Shown: positions 20,084 to 29,282 of the stretch, one piece after another | Position numbering within the stretch: the stretch's first letter is position 1 | Layout of the letters: every line of letters begins with the position of its first letter | Position numbers and translations under genes: made by a program | The notes under the pieces: model-generated | The model's database searches: none | The model's input: only the letters and a program-made list of their open reading frames with translations | Told to the model about the DNA's origin: nothing | NCBI GenBank assembly: GCA_963808625.1 | Contig: CAWEHK010000036.1 | Coordinates: 32,001 to 96,000, forward strand | From: an uncultured delta proteobacterium | Lineage (GTDB): Bacteria; Desulfobacterota; Syntrophobacteria; Syntrophobacterales; Syntrophobacteraceae | Direction: 5' to 3' | Length of the DNA stretch: 64,000 nucleotides

Positions 20084-21007
20084 ATGAACCAATCAGCGCC
20101 CACACGCGACCATGAGTGGATGGATTACTATAAGCATTTTCGCTATCTCTCATCGGAGGCTGTTCGGGATGGTTGTTATCCAAGAATCATGGAACATGAG
20201 GAACCAGCGAAGAAGTCGATCGTGCTGGTGCACGGTCTTACCGATTCGCCATATTTCATGACTGCAATCGGGGACTATTTTTTTGAAACCCTAGGATATG
20301 ATGTCTATTTGCCTTTACTCCAATGTCATGGGCTAAAGGAACCGAGGGGCATGGAAGGGGTAAGTCTGGATGAGTGGAAGGCCAACGTGAGCTTTGCGGT
20401 AGAGACAGCCAAGTCAAAAGGCAAGCAGGTCGCTATTGGTGGATTGTCCACCGGTGGAACACTGAGCTTCTTCACTGCAGTGAAGAGCCCAGACATCACT
20501 GGCACCCTGTATCTATTCTCCGCGGCACTCGATCTCGCAGGTGGCATTGGTGGCATTGTGGGTGACCTGGAGGAACGCTTACTGCGCACCTTTCTGGTCG
20601 ATATCTTGGACTTATTGGGCAACGACAAGCCCCTAATCGGCAACAATCCCTACCGCTACGTCCGCATGGACATGGACGGTGCGCGGGAATTGTCCAAGCT
20701 GATCCAAGAAACTGACGCTCTCATCAAAGGGTTCAATGCGAAAGAACCCCTTTCAATACGTATCTTTGCTGCGCATTCCGAGAGTGATTCGACTGCAAAC
20801 ATTGCGGGCATCGAAGAACTAGAGAAGGTATCGGCCCCCGGCCGGTTCACGTTTTTTCGTATCCCCCAAAAGGCAACGGTGTCTCACGCAAGCGTGGTTC
20901 TTAGGGGTCATATCTATGCTACCGATGCTTCCGATGTTGATTTCCCTCTGGAATACGCCAACCCACTGTTTCTAAATATGATGAAGGCTATTGCTGCCAT
21001 TGAGTAG
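20084..21007 (+). CDS. Alpha/beta hydrolase (esterase/lipase-like) cassette gene
   Basis: AGGAGG RBS, VLVHGLTDSP, nucleophile motif GLSTG and C-terminal VSH. Confidence 0.85.
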   Translation: MNQSAPTRDHEWMDYYKHFRYLSSEAVRDGCYPRIMEHEEPAKKSIVLVHGLTDSPYFMTAIGDYFFETLGYDVYLPLLQCHGLKEPRGMEGVSLDEWKANVSFAVETAKSKGKQVAIGGLSTGGTLSFFTAVKSPDITGTLYLFSAALDLAGGIGGIVGDLEERLLRTFLVDILDLLGNDKPLIGNNPYRYVRMDMDGARELSKLIQETDALIKGFNAKEPLSIRIFAAHSESDSTANIAGIEELEKVSAPGRFTFFRIPQKATVSHASVVLRGHIYATDASDVDFPLEYANPLFLNMMKAIAAIE

Positions 21008-21109
21008 GTTCGCATGACAGTAATTTGTCAACCCACGGGTCACCGCAGAAAAGGGACCGCAGAGCATGCTAAGTAGAGCGCCACAAAAAAGAATGTCCAT
21101 TATGCCGCC

Positions 21110-21232
21110 TCCTTGAGGGGGTCGGGTAAGCCATGATTTTGGCTACGGACTTGCTGGTCCATTTGAGCGGATACGCGTTTTGGTTCCACGGCTCGATATA
21201 CTCGTAGAGCTTGGTACGCAAATGATCAATTG
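21110..21232 (-). pseudogene. C-terminal remnant of an IS630-like transposase
   Basis: DHLRTKLYEYIEPWNQNAYPLKWTSKSV resembles the IS630 ..YI..WN..A.PF.WT tail. Confidence 0.55.
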
Positions 21233-21331
21233 CTATGATGCTATAGGCGCTGACATTCAACATTTGAAGATTATATGGAAAACGTTAAGGAATTTAAGGT
21301 ATTGGCAAGCTATGGTGAAAATGCTACTCCT

Positions 21332-21418
21332 ATGCATCTGTTTGAGGTAGGTTAAGATTTGAGAACGGTCCACGCACTGCTAGGCGATAGCGACGTCAAG
21401 ATAACGATGATTCATTAG
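21332..21418 (+). pseudogene. Relic of a tyrosine recombinase (integron integrase-like) box II
   Basis: Manual translation MHLFEVG*DLRTVHALLGDSDVKITMIH* versus IntI-type THLLE.GYDIRTVQELLGH.DV.TTMIYTH. Confidence 0.7.
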
Positions 21419-21430
21419 AAAAGAAAAATC

Positions 21431-22147
21431 ATGAAAAAAGCAATCATCATTGGCGCCAGTTCCGGGATAGGACGCGAATTGGCCAGAATTTTATCAAGGA
21501 ATCAGTACGTTGTTGGAGTCATGGCACGGCGAGTTCAGCTATTGGATGAAATGTGTGATGAAGTAGAAGGATCATTATTTGTTCAAGAAATCGATGTAGC
21601 GAACGTTGAATCGGCAATGGACACTCTGGCAAAATTCATAAAAGAAATGGGTGGTGTAGATCTTATCGTGATCAGTGCCGGCACAGGGGACATCAATAAT
21701 AACCTCAGTTGGGACTTGGAAAACAAGGCCATCAAGACCAATGTTAGTGGGTTTGCCGCTCTTGTTAATGTTGCCATGCACCATTTCACGGAAAAGGGTT
21801 CCGGGCACCTTGTAGGTATCTCGTCAATCGCAGCGTTGCGTGGCGGCAGAGAATCTCCCGCCTATAACGCATCAAAGGCTTTTGAATCCAATTATCTGGA
21901 AGGGCTTCGCCAGAAGGTTAGGAAATCTGGATTGCCAATCACAATCACTGACATAAAACCAGGGTTTGTTAATACGGCAATGGCCAAAGGAGATGGCATC
22001 TTCTGGGCTGCCGAGCCTGGAAAAGCCGCAAGGCAGATATACCATGTCATCAAACGAAGAAAGTCCAGTGCCTATATTACACGGCGATGGGTACTGATAG
22101 CGTGGCTAATAAAGTTGCTGCCTGGATTCATTTATGAAAGGCTATAA
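21431..22147 (+). CDS. SDR family oxidoreductase cassette gene
   Basis: IIGASSGIG, ISAG, SS and YNASK motifs. AT-richer than the flanks. An attC site starts 3 nt after the stop. Confidence 0.92.
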   Translation: MKKAIIIGASSGIGRELARILSRNQYVVGVMARRVQLLDEMCDEVEGSLFVQEIDVANVESAMDTLAKFIKEMGGVDLIVISAGTGDINNNLSWDLENKAIKTNVSGFAALVNVAMHHFTEKGSGHLVGISSIAALRGGRESPAYNASKAFESNYLEGLRQKVRKSGLPITITDIKPGFVNTAMAKGDGIFWAAEPGKAARQIYHVIKRRKSSAYITRRWVLIAWLIKLLPGFIYERL

Positions 22148-22150
22148 TTC

Positions 22151-22212
22151 TTATAACCATGGCATGCAGTCGATCGCTGAAAAAGCCGGCTCCCGCTGAT
22201 GCCTTCGTTGGG
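22151..22212 (+). other. attC site 4 (R' box GTTGGG|T interrupted by the group II intron)
   Basis: TTATAAC CAT GGCATGCAG..CTGATGCC TTC GTTGGG. L'' carries one extra base relative to L'. Confidence 0.8.
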
Positions 22213-24476
22213 TTGCGACACGATGTCGCATAGTTGAGTGTACTCAGGTACTTACCTGGAGTACCCGGCATGTTCCTGCCGGACCCTACGCAGGCGTGCT
22301 ACCGTCGCGCTGATGACGGGGTGCGAAGCCCTGCGGACAATGTACCGAAACGGGTTCGAATGGTGACAGGAGAACCCCTCCGGGAATCCTCCCCGGTTAA
22401 GGGCTAGGGTCGGATGATACGGTGAAATTAATTGAATGTCTGCAAGCGTCGTCAAAGAGCGACAGACCTACGAGGATTAACAAGAAGCATTACCAGGTCG
22501 AAGGCCGCTTCCCAGTGTTTGCGGCAAGGGTCAGGATGCAGGTCTCCTAACTGCCTGTACGGAACCAAAGCACCCTCGGCGTAGAGGACGCACCTAAGTC
22601 ATCCATTGGATCAACTGTGAGGAACGTGGTAACCCCGCCCTTCGCCTGGAGCAAGTCCAGGCAAGCGAACCGCAAGGCACGCCGATGGAGAGGCGGGAGG
22701 GAGAGGTTGGAAGAAGCGAATGCTTTCGGGAAAGCCGGAAGATAGGGCCTGAAACATGGCTCAACGCCAAAACCGGTGAGCTTCAGCCCCGGTGAATGAG
22801 CGTGCAGACGTCCAACTGGTGTCTCGTTGCGAGAGAACTGGTAGAACCTTTGAAGATGAGAAAGCAAATGACGGCCGACAAGGCTGGTGCACTCAGAGAT
22901 GACGCTGACAAGTGGAATTCCATTGACTGGAAGAAAGCCCAGCGGGAAGTCAGAAGGCTGCAAGTGCGTATCGCAAAGGCTGTGAAGGAAAACAGATGGA
23001 ACAAGGTCAAGTCACTGCAATATCTGTTAACCCATTCGTTCTACGCCAAGCTACTGGCTGTGAAACGAGTGACCTCCAACAAGGGGCGTAAAACCCCCGG
23101 CGTTGACGGCGTCCTGTGGCGAGGCGTCCGAGCCAAATGGCGGGCTGCTTGCAGCCTGCGCAGACGTGGCTATCATCCTCAGCCCTTGAGGAGGATCTAT
23201 ATCGAAAAGAAGAATGGCAAATTAAGGCCCCTATCGATTCCCGCCATGTATGACAGAGCCCAACAGGCGCTTTATAAGCTGGGACTGGCGCCCGTAGCCG
23301 AAACGACAGCCGACAAGAATTCCTACGGTTTTCGTGAAGGCAGATCGTGTGCTGATGCCGTAGCCTGTGCCTTCAATGCTCTCTCGAAGCCCAATTCGGC
23401 TCCATGGATACTCGAAGGGGACATAAAGGGCTGTTTCGACAACATCTCGTTCCAATGGATGTTGGAGAACATCCCCATGGATAAAGTCGTTCTTCAAAAG
23501 TGGTTAAGGGCAGGGTATGTGGAAAACGGCATCCACTACCCTACACGCAAGGGAGTTCCTCAAGGTGGGATCATTAGCCCCACCATCTCGAATATGGTGC
23601 TTGACGGATTGGAGGAAGCCGTCCGCTGTGCAGTCCCCCGCAGGTGCCGTATCAACTTCGACCGCTACGCTGATGACTTCATCTGCACAGGTAAATCAAA
23701 AGGTATCCTGGAAGATGCCATCCAGCCAGTGGTTGAAGGCTTCCTTGCCGAGCGTGGTCTTGAGCTCTCACCCGAGAAAACCCTGATCACGCACATAAAA
23801 GACGGATTCACGTTCCTCGGGCAAACCTTTCGAAAGCATGGCCGGGTGCTGCACATCACGCCATCCACTGAGGGAGTTCTCGCCCTCATGCAGAAAGTGG
23901 GAACCATAATCCGCGAACACGTCAGCGCGCCGATGCCGGTCTTGATCAAGAAGCTTAATGCAATACTTCGGGGTTGGGCCAATTACCACCGCCACGTGGT
24001 GGCGTCGGAAGCCTTCAGTCGTATCGACACCTATGTCTTTGAACAACTCTGGCGCATGGTGCGCCGACGGCACTCCGCCAAATCCGCGCAATGGCTGATC
24101 AAGAACTACTGGTCAGCTGCGGGACGCAATGTATTTGCCGTTCTGGCCAAGACCGCTAAGACCGCGAAGAAACTCTACAAGGTCATGCGAGTAAGCGCCA
24201 TGGGGATTCGGAGATATGTGAAGATCAAAGCGGATGCTAATCCTTACCTGCCTGAGTACGCCGGCTATTATTGGCGACGTCGGAACAGGAAGGATAGCAA
24301 ACTGCTGCCGGCCATGTCGGCCCGGGAATTTCGGGCCATGGCCTCGGCTTAGGAGGCAACACAGCCGGGCAGCCCAACAGGGGCTGCCTCTTGAGATGCT
24401 TGAGCGGTGTGACGCGAAAGTGTCATGCACCGTTCTTAGGGGGGAATGGGGCCGAGAGGCCCCTGACCTACCCGGT
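22213..24476 (+). mobile_element. Group II intron (IIB / CL-type), apparently complete
   Basis: 5' TTGCG; RT ORF; DV GAGCGGTGTGACGCGAAAGTGTCATGCACCGTTC with an AGC triad; DVI ending CTACCCGGT. Boundaries are +/-1 nt. Confidence 0.88.
22856..24352 (+). CDS. ltrA: Group II intron reverse transcriptase/maturase (RVT_N + RT + X), no HNH endonuclease domain
   Basis: WNSIDW..VRRLQVRIAKA, TPGVDG, RPLSIP..DRAQQ, EGDIKGCFDNI, GVPQGGIISP, RYADDF and LRGWANY. Confidence 0.95.
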   Translation: MRKQMTADKAGALRDDADKWNSIDWKKAQREVRRLQVRIAKAVKENRWNKVKSLQYLLTHSFYAKLLAVKRVTSNKGRKTPGVDGVLWRGVRAKWRAACSLRRRGYHPQPLRRIYIEKKNGKLRPLSIPAMYDRAQQALYKLGLAPVAETTADKNSYGFREGRSCADAVACAFNALSKPNSAPWILEGDIKGCFDNISFQWMLENIPMDKVVLQKWLRAGYVENGIHYPTRKGVPQGGIISPTISNMVLDGLEEAVRCAVPRRCRINFDRYADDFICTGKSKGILEDAIQPVVEGFLAERGLELSPEKTLITHIKDGFTFLGQTFRKHGRVLHITPSTEGVLALMQKVGTIIREHVSAPMPVLIKKLNAILRGWANYHRHVVASEAFSRIDTYVFEQLWRMVRRRHSAKSAQWLIKNYWSAAGRNVFAVLAKTAKTAKKLYKVMRVSAMGIRRYVKIKADANPYLPEYAGYYWRRRNRKDSKLLPAMSAREFRAMASA

Positions 24477-24548
24477 TTGCAGCGGTCGGAAGGAGACGAG
24501 GTGCAAAGGTTCCGGATATTCGTTCCCCGAACATAAGGAGAAGAGGAA

Positions 24549-26060
24549 ATGATGGCGTTTAGCAAACTACGGATGTGGATGGCTGTGACAGCCCTTGTCA
24601 CGAGCGTTGTCACGACGGCTTCGGCCCAGACCTTCAGCATGACGACGCCGATCGCGCCGGGCGTGGCCACGCCCAACCGGCTCGATACCTCGATTGGCAC
24701 GCTGAACCTGTCCGACGGCTTCCCGGCGCCGGACACCATCGAGAAGATCTACGACAACCTGGACCGCTCGCGTGCGCTGCAGGCCTATCTGCTGGCCATC
24801 CCGATCGTCAACCAGGCAGGCATGCGCGATTCGCTTCGCAAGTTCGGGCCCGACAACCAGACCAACGTGATCTGGGAGAACCTGGTCGATTCGAAGACCG
24901 TGGAGCTGACGGCCAACGACAACACGATCTACAGCTTCATCTGGATCGATACGAAGAAGGGGCCGTTGGTCGTCGATGTCCCCCCCATGGTCCTGGGAGC
25001 CATCGATGACTTCTGGTATCGCTGGGTGGCCGACATCGGCATCACGGGTGCCGACAGGGGCAAGGGCGGCAAGTACCTGATTCTTCCGCCGGGGTACCAG
25101 GGCGCGATCCCGGAAGGCTATTTCGTCGTACGACCGAAGACCTACGGCAACTGGATGCCCTTCCGGTCCTTCCTCGTTGACGGTTCAACCAAGCCAGGGG
25201 TGGAGTCGGTCAAGAAGCACCTGAAGATCTACCAACTGGCCGATGCGGCCAACCCGCCGCCGATCAAGTTTGCCAATGCCTCGGGCGTACCAGCGAACTT
25301 CGTCGCCCCGGGTGACTATTCGTTCTGGACCTTGCTGAACCAGGTGATTCAGGAAGAACCGCCGGAAGGCTCCGACCCCACCACGCTTGGGCTGTTCGCT
25401 TCGATCGGCATCGTCAAGGGCAAGCCCTTCAATCCCGACGAGCGCATGAAGAAGATCCTGACCGACGCCGCCAACATCGGTGCGGTGACGGCGCGAACGC
25501 TCGCCTTCAAGATTCGCGAGCCGGAAGCCTTCTTCTACCCGAACAGCTCATGGCGCCTGCCGTTCTTCGGTGGCTACAAGTTCGAAGTCGCCCCCGGCGT
25601 TGCAAACCTGGATGGAGCTGCCTTCTTCTACTATTTCGCCACCGGCGTGACGCCGGCGATGGAAGAGAAAATGGTCGGCCAGGGCTCACAGTACCCGTGG
25701 GCCTCCCTGGACTCGAAGGGCAACCCCTTCGACGGCGGCAAGACGTACAAGCTGCGCCTGCCGCCGAACATCCCGGTGAAGGACTTCTGGTCGGTGATCG
25801 TCTACGACAACCAGACGCGCTCGATGCTGCAGACCGACCAGCAGGCGCCCAGCGTGAGCAGCCAGGACAAGGGCTTCAAAACCAATGCCGACGGCTCGGT
25901 GGACGTCTGGTTCGGCCCCAAGGCCCCGCCCGGCATGGAGAAGAACTGGGTGCAGACGATTCCGGGCAAGGGCTGGTTCATGATCCTGCGCCTCTACGGT
26001 CCGTTGGAGCCTTGGTTCAACAAGACCTGGCGGCCCGGAGAGATCGAACTCCAGCCGTGA
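24549..26060 (+). CDS. Exported DUF1254/DUF1214 domain protein (cassette gene)
   Basis: Signal peptide, LTANDNTIY, DRGKGGKYL, FWSVIVYD and LRLYGP. Confidence 0.9.
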   Translation: MMAFSKLRMWMAVTALVTSVVTTASAQTFSMTTPIAPGVATPNRLDTSIGTLNLSDGFPAPDTIEKIYDNLDRSRALQAYLLAIPIVNQAGMRDSLRKFGPDNQTNVIWENLVDSKTVELTANDNTIYSFIWIDTKKGPLVVDVPPMVLGAIDDFWYRWVADIGITGADRGKGGKYLILPPGYQGAIPEGYFVVRPKTYGNWMPFRSFLVDGSTKPGVESVKKHLKIYQLADAANPPPIKFANASGVPANFVAPGDYSFWTLLNQVIQEEPPEGSDPTTLGLFASIGIVKGKPFNPDERMKKILTDAANIGAVTARTLAFKIREPEAFFYPNSSWRLPFFGGYKFEVAPGVANLDGAAFFYYFATGVTPAMEEKMVGQGSQYPWASLDSKGNPFDGGKTYKLRLPPNIPVKDFWSVIVYDNQTRSMLQTDQQAPSVSSQDKGFKTNADGSVDVWFGPKAPPGMEKNWVQTIPGKGWFMILRLYGPLEPWFNKTWRPGEIELQP

Positions 26061-26101
26061 TTTGTCGGTACTGCTCGTTTGGTCGCACCGCCGAGTGAGC
26101 G

Positions 26102-26162
26102 GCCCAACAACCGGTTTCAGCGGACGGCGCTGACTCGCCGCCGCTGAAACGGGGCGTTATTC
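26102..26162 (+). other. attC site 5
   Basis: GCCCAAC AACCG GTTTCAGCGG..CCGCTGAAAC GGGGC GTTATTC. Its R'' (CCCAAC) is complementary to the GTTGGG that opens this cassette. Confidence 0.85.
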
Positions 26163-26537
26163 ACTTAGCATTCCGGAGCCGCTTTTCGTTGTCCTTCATA
26201 AGGTCCATAAGAGTGCTGGGGATTCCTTTCTGCATCTCTCCTATATGGTTACCTGGCAATCCTGATCGTTTCCTCAACAGTTGCTTATCATTTGTACACC
26301 AACCAAAGCCAGGCTTGGAAAATCTGCGTGAGGTGACAGCCTTCTCCTGCAAAAACTCATCCGATTTCGGCGATTGGATTTTTCCTTCCCCAAGGCAGAG
26401 ATCTTTACAGCACCGCCAAGCATGTCTTCTCCCCGGTAATCGATGAATTTCCTGATTTCCATGGAATATCCTATCGGTGGTGGGCACATGCAAGTCACTC
26501 CCTAACCTTTGTTGCTATCAACCATGAAGGTCTAGGG

Positions 26538-26936
26538 TCATATCCAGTCGATTTCGACCTTGTGCTCGATCTTTTTGAACTCTGGATCGCCAGTGACGAT
26601 CACGGCGTTGTATTTGAGTGCGGTTGCCATCGCAAAGCAATCGGCGTAGGAAACGGCATCGTCAGCTTTTATTTGGGAGGCCGATTCAATGATTTCCCAA
26701 GAGGCCGGAACGCGTTCGATGGCCAACGTCGTGAACTGTTCCAGGAAGCGCCTGGCCGATTCAACGCCCAGTCTTCTGATGGTGATGTAATACAGCTCCC
26801 CCAAATTGATCTCGTTGATGAAGGTACGAATTCTTCCGTCTTCCGACGCCTTGAGAAGCTCTTCGACCTTGTCGGCCCCCGCTTCGTCCTGGGCAAACCT
26901 CAGGATCGCGTGGGAATCAAATACGACGCTTTTCAT
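26538..26936 (-). CDS. vapC: PIN-domain (VapC family) toxin
   Basis: VFDSHAIL, NLGELYY, SYADCFA and IVTGDPEF. Confidence 0.9.
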   Translation of the reverse strand: MKSVVFDSHAILRFAQDEAGADKVEELLKASEDGRIRTFINEINLGELYYITIRRLGVESARRFLEQFTTLAIERVPASWEIIESASQIKADDAVSYADCFAMATALKYNAVIVTGDPEFKKIEHKVEIDWI

Positions 26937-27165
26937 CGATGGCGTCATCCTTCTTTCTCTCCTCCAGGAGTTCTGCGGCAAGCGACGTGTCAGCCCGGAG
27001 CATCCCTCGCAACGCCTTGACCGGTTCCTCAGGGATCGGCACGATTTCCGCGTGCTGGTCTACGACCCTCAACAAAACTTTTCGCCCCGGGTTAATTCCC
27101 AGCTTGTCGCGGATCTCTTTAGGGATCACAATCTGTCCCTTGGACGATATTTTTACCACCGGCAT
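26917..27165 (-). CDS. AbrB/MazE/SpoVT family antitoxin
   Basis: VKISSKGQIVIPKEIRDKLGI.PG. Overlaps the toxin start. Confidence 0.9.
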   Translation of the reverse strand: MPVVKISSKGQIVIPKEIRDKLGINPGRKVLLRVVDQHAEIVPIPEEPVKALRGMLRADTSLAAELLEERKKDDAIDEKRRI

Positions 27166-27370
27166 AGTGTTTTACCTCGCTGCTAAAGTTTTACATTTCA
27201 CTGACGAGTATAACTTAATCCATCAGCGTTCGTAAATGCTTTTCGCTGCTGTCCAACTGCGGCAAGAACCAAGGAGAGAATCGAGAATCAACGAGTAAGA
27301 CAACCGCATTGCTCGTCACGCGGAGGGATAAACCGGGCTATCGCCTTTTCGTGCAGGATTGGAAGGCGGT

Positions 27371-28311
27371 CTACTGGTTGATCCAAACGGTCATATTCTT
27401 GAGGTCGGCGAGGATTTTTTTGGTGACCGAACCCTTGAAAAATCCCCTGATGCCCGAGGGAGGGGAATGGCCGAGGACAGCGATGCCGATGCCGGTCTCC
27501 CGGCAGTATGAAAGAATTTCCGAGGCAACCTTCCCCTGACTGGGAAGAAGGGTGATCTGGATGTTTTCGTCGGCCATTCCTTCCCGCTGCAGAAGGGCAT
27601 GCGCTTCGGTAAGGTAACGGCTTTATCTGCTCTGCCTTCGGGAGACATCAGCCACTTCTCCACCTCCGCCGTGATGAGCGACAACCGGGAGGTGGCGGGA
27701 CTTGAGATGGTCCGCGAGGCATGGAGCAGGGTGACCCGGACGTTCGTCCCGGCAAGCATGAAGCCAGCATGGTCCGCTGCTCGCAGCGAAGCCGCCTCGG
27801 CGGCGATGCAGATGGCCGCATGGGAGACATCGGTGGTTCCCTCCGTCACCCAGACGGGGTTTACCTGACAATGCTGGAGCAGGTCATGGGTGGGATCGCT
27901 GGCGATCAGACTTTCCAGGCTGACGGTGAAACGCTTCTGCACCAGAACGGCATCCACCTTTTTGCGGTCGGCGAGAAGGCACGCGTCCTTTGCCTTTGCT
28001 GCCTGGCGCTCCAGAAATTGCTCTTCAATCGCGCCTTCGGAAAAGCCTGCCCTGACAAGCACTCTCTTGGCCCGATCCAGGGCGAGACGATATTGCTCTT
28101 CCCGTGATTTGAGCAGCTCCTGTTTCTTCTTGAGCTGTTCAGGCGAGGTGAGTTTCTCCTGGTAAAGCGGCGGCAATGGTGGAACAAGGCAGCTGAGGAT
28201 GATGCTGATCTTGCTTCGATCCGGATAGAGCTTTCCCAGAAAGCTCGCACGCTGCAGCGGTTCTTCGGCGCCGTCAAGGGGCAGCAACAGGCATTTGGAC
28301 AAGGGGGTCAT
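27371..28311 (-). CDS. Tandem universal stress protein-like protein (frameshift ~27600)
   Basis: LLLPLDG N-terminus. C-terminal FFKGSVTKKIL..TVWI is in ORF 27371-27577. Confidence 0.75.
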
Positions 28312-28502
28312 GGTAATGGTATTCCTCTCCGATAAACTTCTGTGTTGAGTTTCCGGTGGGCTGGGAAGCCCAGCTCTCGTTGGTTGTCACTTTTTGGCGG
28401 ACTGGAAAGTCCGCCTTCCGTCAGGCGTCCGTATTCGGCGGGCTGGAACGCCTGTGCCGCTTTGATTCGAAGTCGCTGTGATATTCTTCCCTTCAGATCA
28501 AC

Positions 28503-29282
28503 TCATGGCCTTTCGATATTTCGTGTTGTTTTCCGACTTCGAGAATGACGCCGTCCCACTCGGGACCATTCAGACAATTCTCGAGAATGCTTGAGCACCA
28601 GTTGCGGCTGGTTGTTGACCTCGCTCAGATGGGCAAAGAGCACGATTTGCAGCGCATCATGGTGGATGCTTTGCAGCAGTTCGAAGGATTCCGCATTGGA
28701 AAGGTGGCCGTGGCGACTGCGGATGCGTTGTTTCAAGGGCAGCGGGTAGGGGCCGTTGAAGAGAAGATCGGGGTCATGGTTGGCTTCCAGAATCAAACCA
28801 TGACACCCTTGAAGCCGCGTCCTCACCAACTGGGTGGCAACCCCGAGGTCCGTGCAGACCCCGAGCCGGTGCCCATCGTCCTCGAGGACGAACCCGGCAG
28901 GGTCCTGGGCATCGTGGGAAATGGCAAAAGGCTTGATCCTCAAGTCGCCGATCACGAACGGATTACCGGGTTGGAACAACTTGACGTCGGACAACTGTCC
29001 AATCTCCGGGGGCAGCCGGTCGAGCGTTCCCTGGCTGAGATAGACGGGGAGGTCAAAGCGCCGGCTCAGGGTCCCCAGTCCGCGCACATGATCGGTGTGC
29101 TCATGACTGATGACGACGGCATCGAGGTGGTTGGCCCTGACGCCGGCTTGCTGCAGGCGGAGAACCAGCTCCTTGGCGCTGAGGCCGGAATCCAGGAGGA
29201 CCCGCGTCTTTTGACTGCAGACCAGGATGGCGTTTCCCTTGGACCCGCTGGCGAGGGTTTGAAAGAAGAGGGGCATGAGCAT
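28503..29282 (-). CDS. MBL-fold metallo-hydrolase (YycJ/WalJ-like); 3' end uncertain
   Basis: LASGSKGN, SHEHTDH, ISHDA, LEANHD, GHLSN and AHLSEVNN. Confidence 0.9.
   Translation of the reverse strand: MLMPLFFQTLASGSKGNAILVCSQKTRVLLDSGLSAKELVLRLQQAGVRANHLDAVVISHEHTDHVRGLGTLSRRFDLPVYLSQGTLDRLPPEIGQLSDVKLFQPGNPFVIGDLRIKPFAISHDAQDPAGFVLEDDGHRLGVCTDLGVATQLVRTRLQGCHGLILEANHDPDLLFNGPYPLPLKQRIRSRHGHLSNAESFELLQSIHHDALQIVLFAHLSEVNNQPQLVLKHSRELSEWSRVGRRHSRSRKTTRNIERP

Noticed and set aside
22856..24352. RT as a DGR, retron or defence RT
   Set aside because: It has a maturase X domain with flanking DV/DVI RNA, and no TR/VR pair or msr-msd was seen.
26161..26498. Overlapping short minus-strand ORFs after attC 5
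   Set aside because: No recognisable motif. They may be a degraded cassette but cannot be called.
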